A stretch of 64,000 nucleotides of DNA from a virus (Duplodnaviria > Heunggongvirae > Uroviricota > Caudoviricetes), in the IMG/VR virus record IMGVR_UViG_3300042311_000626, positions 1-64,000 of that record; one strand, written 5' to 3'. A program made the position numbers and the translations under genes. Shown piece by piece: positions 58,036-64,000 of the stretch. Below the pieces are notes generated by a model. It had not been told where the DNA came from and made no database searches. It worked only from the letters and a program-made list of their open reading frames with translations. Position 1 is the first letter of the stretch. Every line of letters begins with the position of its first letter.

Positions 58036-58887
58036 GTGAAGCCAAAACATAATAAATATAAAAACACGGGTATATTATTTGAATTGTTAACTAGACAGAT
58101 AACATCGGATATCATGTCTAATAAAGAATCATCTGCTGTTAACATTGTTAAAAAATACTTTTCTAAAGGAGAATTAGTAAAAGAATATAAAATATACCAA
58201 GCATTAACTAAAGCTACTTCATTAAATGAAGCAAAAGCTGAAAGTATCATTTCTTCTACTGTTAAATTAGCTGAACGTTTAAATCGTACTGCTCTTCGTA
58301 AGGAAAAGTATAATTTAATTAAAGAAATTAAACAACATTATGATTTAGAAGAATTTTTTAAAGCTAAAATTCACAACTATAAGGCATATGCTGCTGTTTC
58401 TAATTTATTGGAGGCACAAACTAGTTTAGAATTTATAGATCCTTCATTTATCATTACAAATAAAGTAACTTTACTTGAATTTTTAACTAAACAAGACATA
58501 GATAAAAATAAAGTAGAAGACCAAGTAATAAAAGAATATGCTTCTCAAGATAAAGCAACTCGTGCTTTAATTTCTAAAATAATGATTGAGAAATTTAATG
58601 AGAAATATGCTGATTTACTTCCTGAGCAACGTAGTGTATTAAAAACATACATTAATAATATAACAAATACTGTATCATTACGTGAATTCATTAATCAAGA
58701 GTTAGACCATATTAAAAATTCTTTAACGTCTTTACAATCATTTGTACAAGATAAAAGAACTCAAATCAAATTGACTGAGTTAATATCAATTATTCGACCT
58801 CTAGAAAAAACAGAATCAGCTAAAGATGAAGATATATTAAATATCTTACAGTTTCATGAATTAATCCATGAAATCAAATCAACATGA
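58036..58887 (+). CDS. prohead-associated protein
   Basis: 283-aa Lys/Glu-rich ORF; GTG start per track. Confidence 0.4.
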   Translation: MKPKHNKYKNTGILFELLTRQITSDIMSNKESSAVNIVKKYFSKGELVKEYKIYQALTKATSLNEAKAESIISSTVKLAERLNRTALRKEKYNLIKEIKQHYDLEEFFKAKIHNYKAYAAVSNLLEAQTSLEFIDPSFIITNKVTLLEFLTKQDIDKNKVEDQVIKEYASQDKATRALISKIMIEKFNEKYADLLPEQRSVLKTYINNITNTVSLREFINQELDHIKNSLTSLQSFVQDKRTQIKLTELISIIRPLEKTESAKDEDILNILQFHELIHEIKST

Positions 58888-59444
58888 CACCAGAAGATTT
58901 AAAAAAATTCATAGAAGAAACAGTAAATAAATTAATGTCTGAAGATGGTGTTAGTACAACTGGTGCTGGGGAAGCTTACAACAGTAAATTTTTCCTTAAA
59001 AAACCAGAAAAACTAGAAGGAAAAACACCTACAACAGCTGCAGGAAAAGCTAATATTAGTTCTTATACTAAAGACGGATTTAAAAAAGCCCCAGAAGGAA
59101 TGCCATCTGATTCTAAAGTATACGATTACAAACAATTCCCCGCAGATCCAAAACCTAAAAGATATAAACTTTATAAAGAAGAACAACTTAACGAAATATC
59201 ATACAGACGTTTTAGTGAAAGTGTTAATAAAGTTTCCCCTGAACGTAAAATTACACGTGCTTTAAGTGAAGTTAATAAACGTGTTAAAGAAATAGAACAA
59301 GTCATTGAATATTCTAATCGATTAAAAACTGAAAATGTTATCAAACGTGGTAATTTTTGGGATTCTAAATTAGAACAATTAAATGTGTTATCAGAAAAGT
59401 TAAACCAATTATCTAAAAACATAAAAAAACTATCTAATGGATAA
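58884..59444 (+). CDS. prohead core protein candidate
   Basis: 186-aa Lys/Glu-rich ORF, position analogous to T4 gp67/68. Confidence 0.4.
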   Translation: MTPEDLKKFIEETVNKLMSEDGVSTTGAGEAYNSKFFLKKPEKLEGKTPTTAAGKANISSYTKDGFKKAPEGMPSDSKVYDYKQFPADPKPKRYKLYKEEQLNEISYRRFSESVNKVSPERKITRALSEVNKRVKEIEQVIEYSNRLKTENVIKRGNFWDSKLEQLNVLSEKLNQLSKNIKKLSNG

Positions 59445-59937
59445 CGAGAAAAAAAAGTTAACTAAAGAACAACTTAAAGGAAAATTAGATACTTTAGGTG
59501 AAGAAATAAAATACCGTGTAGCTGAAGCCAAAAAAGGTAATGGTACTGAAGGTGCTCATAAAACTGATATCGCTGAATTAATGAAGGGATATCGTAATAT
59601 GAAAGAAGCATATGATAGATTATTAAGAACTGAACAAGAATCATTACAGTTAGAAGATATTTTATCATCGTTAGCTGAAGAAAAAGAGGAAGATCCTAAA
59701 AAAGCTAAAGAAAGAGATGAATTACAAAAATCTCGTATTGAATCTTTTGGTGAGTTAATTGAACTTGTAACTAAATTGAAACAAGCACTACCTAAAGCTA
59801 AAAAAGAAACAGAAAAATTCTATAAAGATAATCCAAATTCATTCGCTGTTGTTTTCCCTACAGACGAAATAAAAGATACTTTAACGGCTATATTAGAGAA
59901 ATTAACAGGAATTAAAGAAAACCAAGAAGAAGAATAA
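59437..59937 (+). CDS. prohead core protein candidate
   Basis: 166-aa charged coiled-coil ORF. Confidence 0.4.
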   Translation: MDNEKKKLTKEQLKGKLDTLGEEIKYRVAEAKKGNGTEGAHKTDIAELMKGYRNMKEAYDRLLRTEQESLQLEDILSSLAEEKEEDPKKAKERDELQKSRIESFGELIELVTKLKQALPKAKKETEKFYKDNPNSFAVVFPTDEIKDTLTAILEKLTGIKENQEEE

Positions 59938-60707
59938 TGAAAAATATAAGCGGACAATATCAGGACCTATTAGAAGGTAAAATGAACAAAGCTCAATTTT
60001 TGCGTAACGCAAGAATGATGTTTCCTAATTTTGTAACTAATCATAATTCATTTGATGATTCGGTTGCAATTCTAAAACAAAAAGGAATGCTTAATGAAGG
60101 TGATGCTGTAAAAGGAACACCAGATAAAGAACCAACATATGATTCATTAACTCCAGATGATAAAATCAAATATAAAAAAGTTGAGCAATCACCTGAAGTA
60201 GATGAACAAGATGGTATTTATCCTGCTACAACAATAACTGATATTCCTAAGACAAAAACTTATAAAAAAGTTAAAAATACTTCTGACGGTTTAGAACCAA
60301 TTAAAGATAATGACACTAAAAACGAATTAAAAAAAGTTAAAGTCGTTAAAGAAAATATGGCACCTGAAGAAATCGAAACTGCTGAAGTTGAAATTTCTCA
60401 AAACAGATCATCTATTCAAGCAATGGCTGATAAAATGGGTATATCTCAAGAGGAATTATTTAAACTTTTACTAAAAAAATTAGGTGGTTTAGATGAAGCG
60501 CGTTTCAAAAAAGGTACTGACATAGGCAAACCAGGTAAAGGATTTGAAAAAATAGCTAAGGCAGCAGGTAAAGAATATGGTTCAGAAGAAGCAGGAAAAC
60601 GTGTAGCTGGAGCCGTATTAAATAAAGTACTTAAAAAAGAATCAGTTTTAGAACGTTTAGTTAATAAAGTAATGAACGAAACATTATCGAAAAAATCTGC
60701 GAGATAA
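59937..60707 (+). CDS. prohead core/internal protein candidate
   Basis: 256-aa Lys-rich ORF. Confidence 0.4.
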   Translation: MKNISGQYQDLLEGKMNKAQFLRNARMMFPNFVTNHNSFDDSVAILKQKGMLNEGDAVKGTPDKEPTYDSLTPDDKIKYKKVEQSPEVDEQDGIYPATTITDIPKTKTYKKVKNTSDGLEPIKDNDTKNELKKVKVVKENMAPEEIETAEVEISQNRSSIQAMADKMGISQEELFKLLLKKLGGLDEARFKKGTDIGKPGKGFEKIAKAAGKEYGSEEAGKRVAGAVLNKVLKKESVLERLVNKVMNETLSKKSAR

Positions 60708-61342
60708 TGAGCAAAGAACTATTAATAGAACGAGTATCCACCTTTACACTGACCCCGCAGTTACTGCAAGAATCTGCGGTAAAAAACAACGGGCGTTTGA
60801 TTGTTGAGGGAGTAGTACAACGTGCAGATGCTAAAAATGGTAATGGTCGCGTTTATCCTAAAGATACTTTAGAAAGAGAAATTGATAAGTATAAAGCTAC
60901 ATATATTAAAGAAAATAGAGCATTAGGAGAATTAGATCATCCTGAGTCTCCAATTATTAATTTAAAAAATGTATGTCATAACATCTTAGATTTATGGTGG
61001 AATGGTGATGATGTAATGGGTAAAATTGAAATATTACCTACACCATCAGGAAATATATTAAAAGCACTATTGATAGCTGGTATTACTGTTGGTATTTCAT
61101 CTCGTGCTATGGGTTCTGTAAAACAAATCGGAGAAACTGTTGAAGTACAAGACGATTTAGAGTTAGTATGTTGGGATTTTGTTTCAACACCATCAACTCA
61201 AGGTGCATTTATGGAAATTGTAAATGAATCACTTAATCCAAATGCTGTTAAAACAGACAAATACCAAAAAGTAAACGAATTAATAACAGAAATATTATGT
61301 AACAGAGCAGGATTTTGCTCATGTGAATTACCAGGACAATAA
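60707..61342 (+). CDS. prohead core protease (T4 gp21-like)
   Basis: GELDHPES (His region) and GISSRAMGSV (Ser region) parallel gp21 family motifs; position before the scaffold gene. Confidence 0.6.
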   Translation: MSKELLIERVSTFTLTPQLLQESAVKNNGRLIVEGVVQRADAKNGNGRVYPKDTLEREIDKYKATYIKENRALGELDHPESPIINLKNVCHNILDLWWNGDDVMGKIEILPTPSGNILKALLIAGITVGISSRAMGSVKQIGETVEVQDDLELVCWDFVSTPSTQGAFMEIVNESLNPNAVKTDKYQKVNELITEILCNRAGFCSCELPGQ

Positions 61343-61344
61343 TT

Positions 61345-61716
61345 ATGGAAGAATTAGCATCAATTTTATTACACTCACAAACACAAACTCATATATTTCA
61401 TTTAGGAGTAAGTGGACCAGGAGCATACGCTGCTCATAAAGCACTTCAAAAATATTATGAAAGTATCGATGGTGTAGTAGATGGATTAGTAGAAACTTAC
61501 CAAGGTAAATACGGCTTAATCCAATTCAAACCAGTAATCAATTTAGATAATAACTGTGATACTAGAAATATCATAGATTATTTTGATAAATTATGTATGA
61601 TTGTTAAAACATTAAGACAAGCACCTAATTTAGCTGATAGTTATTTACAAAATCAAATAGATGCTGTTGACGAACTTATTTACTCTACTAAATACAAACT
61701 AACTAATTTACAATAA
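61345..61716 (+). CDS. hypothetical protein
   Basis: 123-aa ORF. Confidence 0.4.
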   Translation: MEELASILLHSQTQTHIFHLGVSGPGAYAAHKALQKYYESIDGVVDGLVETYQGKYGLIQFKPVINLDNNCDTRNIIDYFDKLCMIVKTLRQAPNLADSYLQNQIDAVDELIYSTKYKLTNLQ

Positions 61717-61717
61717 T

Positions 61718-61984
61718 ATGGCATCGTATTTTCCATCAGCCGGCCTTCTAATGAATGGTCAATCTATAACAGGTTCATTTTATAAAATGCAAGTAATGGC
61801 TTCAGGTTCTGTAGTAGGAGCATCAGCGGGTGCTGTAGCTCATTTTACAGCTTTAAAAGATGTCAGAGGTAATAATATTACTCCAGCAGGTGGGATGTTT
61901 GTGCCTCCCGGAACTGTAATAGAACTTACAATAACTAGCGCTTCATTAGATGCTACAAGCGCTCCAGTATTATTCTTCTCATAA
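61718..61984 (+). CDS. hypothetical protein
   Basis: 88-aa ORF. Confidence 0.35.
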   Translation: MASYFPSAGLLMNGQSITGSFYKMQVMASGSVVGASAGAVAHFTALKDVRGNNITPAGGMFVPPGTVIELTITSASLDATSAPVLFFS

Positions 61985-62000
61985 ATTAATATATTAAATA

Positions 62001-62147
62001 ATGGCAGCAAAGGCAAAAACCAGTTCCGTTAATAGTTATATAGCGAAACCAAAAAGAAAAAGACCAGGTGTTCATGCAAAAAGTAAAACATCTAAGTTAA
62101 AAAATTCAAAGAATTACAAAAAACTATATACAGGTCAAGGAAATTAA
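62001..62147 (+). CDS. very basic small protein (48 aa)
   Basis: MAAKAKTSSVNSYIAKPKRKRPGVHAKSKTSKLKNSKNYKK...; strong terminator follows; below track cutoff. Confidence 0.3.
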   Translation: MAAKAKTSSVNSYIAKPKRKRPGVHAKSKTSKLKNSKNYKKLYTGQGN

Positions 62148-62152
62148 AAAGA

Positions 62153-62177
62153 ACCGCAACGATGTTGCGGTTTTTTG
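62153..62177 (+). terminator. rho-independent terminator
   Basis: accgcaac-gat-gttgcggt plus T6. Confidence 0.75.
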
Positions 62178-62300
62178 TTTCTTGTACATATTTATGCTTG
62201 ACTAATGAATCATTTCTATATGATTCGTCATTAAACTATAATCCCTATTAAGCTTTTTAATCAATAAGCTTATTTCCAAAACAAAATTTTAGGACAAAAA

Positions 62301-63392
62301 ATGAAAGACACAAAAGCACTTTTAAAAGAGGCTATTGCTGATGCTAAAACTGTACGTGAGACAGCCTTAGCTCAAGCTAAACTTGCTCTTGAAGAAGCGT
62401 TTACTCCACGTTTACAATCTATGTTTCAAACTAAATTACAAGAAGCATATGACGATGAAGAGGAATTAGACGAAATGAAAGACAAGATGGCCAAAGAAAA
62501 CATGATGGATGACATCCCTATGGAAGAAGAGACTCAGGAAGAATTTGCTGATCGCGATAATTCTATAGATGAAATCGACCTTGATGAAATCTTAGCAGAA
62601 TTAGAAAACGAATTAAACGAAGCTAAAGGCGAAGAAGACGAAGAAGAAATCGAAGCTGAAGAAGAAGTTGAAGACGTAGCAGACGATGCTAAAGAAGACG
62701 AAGAGGAAGACAAAGAAGTTAAAGACTTATCTATGGATGAGTTAGAAAGTTTAATTAGAGACATCATTTCACAAGAAACAGGCGATGGCGAAGGCTACGA
62801 AGACGAAATGGCTGTAGATGCTATGGATGACATGGGAGACGCAGAAATGGCAGTTGACGGAGCTGAAGAAGATTTCGATTTAGAAGAAATCTTAGCTGAG
62901 TTAATGGGTGAAAAAGATGATTTAGACGAACGTAAAAAATACGGCGGTAATAAAGGAGATGTTCCTAATGCTAAACGTGGTGATAAAAAAGACACTGCTG
63001 AAGAAGAAGGAGTTGAAGACTACAAAAAGAAAAAAATGGAAGAAGATTTAAAATTAGCTTTAGAAGCTGTTAATACTCTTCGTTCAGAACTTAACGAAGT
63101 TAACTTGTTAAACGCTAAATTATTATACGTTAATAAAATCTTTAAAGCTAAAAACTTAAACGAATCTCAAAAATTAACAGTTATTAAAGCATTTGATAAA
63201 GCAGAATCTGCTAAAGAAGCTAAACTTGTTTACGAATCATTGTCAACAACGTTTAATGCTAGAACAGAAAAACGCCAAATCAAAGAGTCACTAGGATTTG
63301 CATCTAAAGCCGCTGGTGTAGCTGCAAAACCAACAATTGTAGAAAGTAACGAATTTGTTACTAGAATGCAAAAATTAGCAAATATTAAATAA
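62301..63392 (+). CDS. prohead scaffolding protein (gp22-like)
   Basis: 363-aa highly acidic coiled-coil ORF between protease and major capsid gene. Confidence 0.55.
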   Translation: MKDTKALLKEAIADAKTVRETALAQAKLALEEAFTPRLQSMFQTKLQEAYDDEEELDEMKDKMAKENMMDDIPMEEETQEEFADRDNSIDEIDLDEILAELENELNEAKGEEDEEEIEAEEEVEDVADDAKEDEEEDKEVKDLSMDELESLIRDIISQETGDGEGYEDEMAVDAMDDMGDAEMAVDGAEEDFDLEEILAELMGEKDDLDERKKYGGNKGDVPNAKRGDKKDTAEEEGVEDYKKKKMEEDLKLALEAVNTLRSELNEVNLLNAKLLYVNKIFKAKNLNESQKLTVIKAFDKAESAKEAKLVYESLSTTFNARTEKRQIKESLGFASKAAGVAAKPTIVESNEFVTRMQKLANIK

Positions 63393-63415
63393 AAATTTAA
63401 AAATTATTCTTAAAA

Positions 63416-64000
63416 ATGGAAAATTTAAACACTCTTTTAGAAGGAGTAAATCCATGGAAAAGCCAACAAGCAGAAGCTGCAAAAACAGCTAACAAATGGG
63501 CTAAAAGTGGACTTCTTGAAGGATTAACAAGTGATATTGAGAAAAACAATATGGCTGTTATCCTTGAAAACCAAGCAAAACAGTTAGTTGTTGAAACTAA
63601 CGTAACTGCTGGTACAAATTCAATGTTAGGTGGTACAGGTGAAAACTGGGCTGGTATTGCATTACCATTAGTACGTAGAGTATTCGCTGAAATCGTAGCT
63701 AAAGACTTCGTTTCAGTACAACCAATGGCTATGCCTTCTGGTCTTGTATTCTACTTAGACTTTCAATATGGTGATAACAAAAACCCATTCGTAGCTGGAC
63801 AATCACTTTACGGTTCATTAGCTGATGTTCAAGCTACTGACTATGATATTACAAACGTTAACCCAACAGGTGGTCTTTACGGTCAAGGTAGATATGGTTA
63901 CTCTATGAACCAGTTCTCTGCTTCTGTAACAGTAACTACAGCATCTTATGCTACTGCTGCTTCTGATTCATTAGCACCATACGTAAACTACGATTCTCGT
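63416..64000 (+). CDS. major capsid protein, gp23-like (partial; continues past window end)
   Basis: LLEG...ENQAKQ...LVRRVF...VSVQPMAMPSGLVFYLDF parallels T4 gp23 N-terminal region; frame open to position 64000. Confidence 0.8.
   Translation, partial: MENLNTLLEGVNPWKSQQAEAAKTANKWAKSGLLEGLTSDIEKNNMAVILENQAKQLVVETNVTAGTNSMLGGTGENWAGIALPLVRRVFAEIVAKDFVSVQPMAMPSGLVFYLDFQYGDNKNPFVAGQSLYGSLADVQATDYDITNVNPTGGLYGQGRYGYSMNQFSASVTVTTASYATAASDSLAPYVNYDSR

Noticed and set aside
1757-62995. All other minus-strand ORFs in the track (e.g. 1757..2005, 4054..4317, 7588..7821, 14393..14743, 23382..23639, 46352..46699, 46928..47305, 53453..53809, 62534..62767)
   Set aside because: Each lies wholly inside a well-supported + strand gene, lacks any upstream motif or terminator, and the genome is otherwise strictly unidirectional.

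Overview
Roughly 64 kb from a large virulent T4-like myovirus, about 31% GC, with every supportable gene on the + strand. The head module is T4-type: terminase large subunit (54.5 kb), portal, prohead-core proteins, a gp21-like prohead protease, an acidic scaffold, and a gp23-like major capsid protein running off the 3' end. Start codons lack Shine-Dalgarno sequences and sit in a conserved a-rich context of the form aaaggttATG. That, with the extreme AT-richness, points to a Bacteroidota (Flavobacteriia-type) host; this is an inference. The window runs as follows. Positions 1-20 kb are an early region of many small ORFs (ThyA, SPFH lipoprotein, two CCA-type nucleotidyltransferase paralogs, a MazF-like protein, an ATP-dependent DNA ligase). 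Nearly every transcription unit there is preceded by a conserved ~27-nt motif, TTCGTAATTTTATAGCATAATTTAAAA, and followed by a rho-independent hairpin. Within this region, 11.9-16.9 kb is an accessory stretch of three GC-rich non-coding islands sharing short motifs, clusters of CG-containing palindromes, and a compositionally foreign ORF. Positions 20-38 kb begin with a gp55-like late sigma candidate, then a baseplate and fibre module (gp25-like, gp6-like, a 1615-aa fibre, a duplicated fibre gene whose second copy is split and expanded by Pro-Thr-Ser tandem repeats). Late genes carry an ATATTTATA(A) upstream motif reminiscent of the T4 late promoter. Positions 38-54 kb hold a free-standing GIY-YIG endonuclease, a DnaG-like primase, a PD-(D/E)XK nuclease, a DnaQ-like exonuclease, an FAD oxidoreductase, a P-loop kinase-like protein, a frameshifted gene and a spanin-like overlapping gene pair. 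Positions 54.5-64 kb are the packaging and head module. No tRNA genes or CRISPR array were found.
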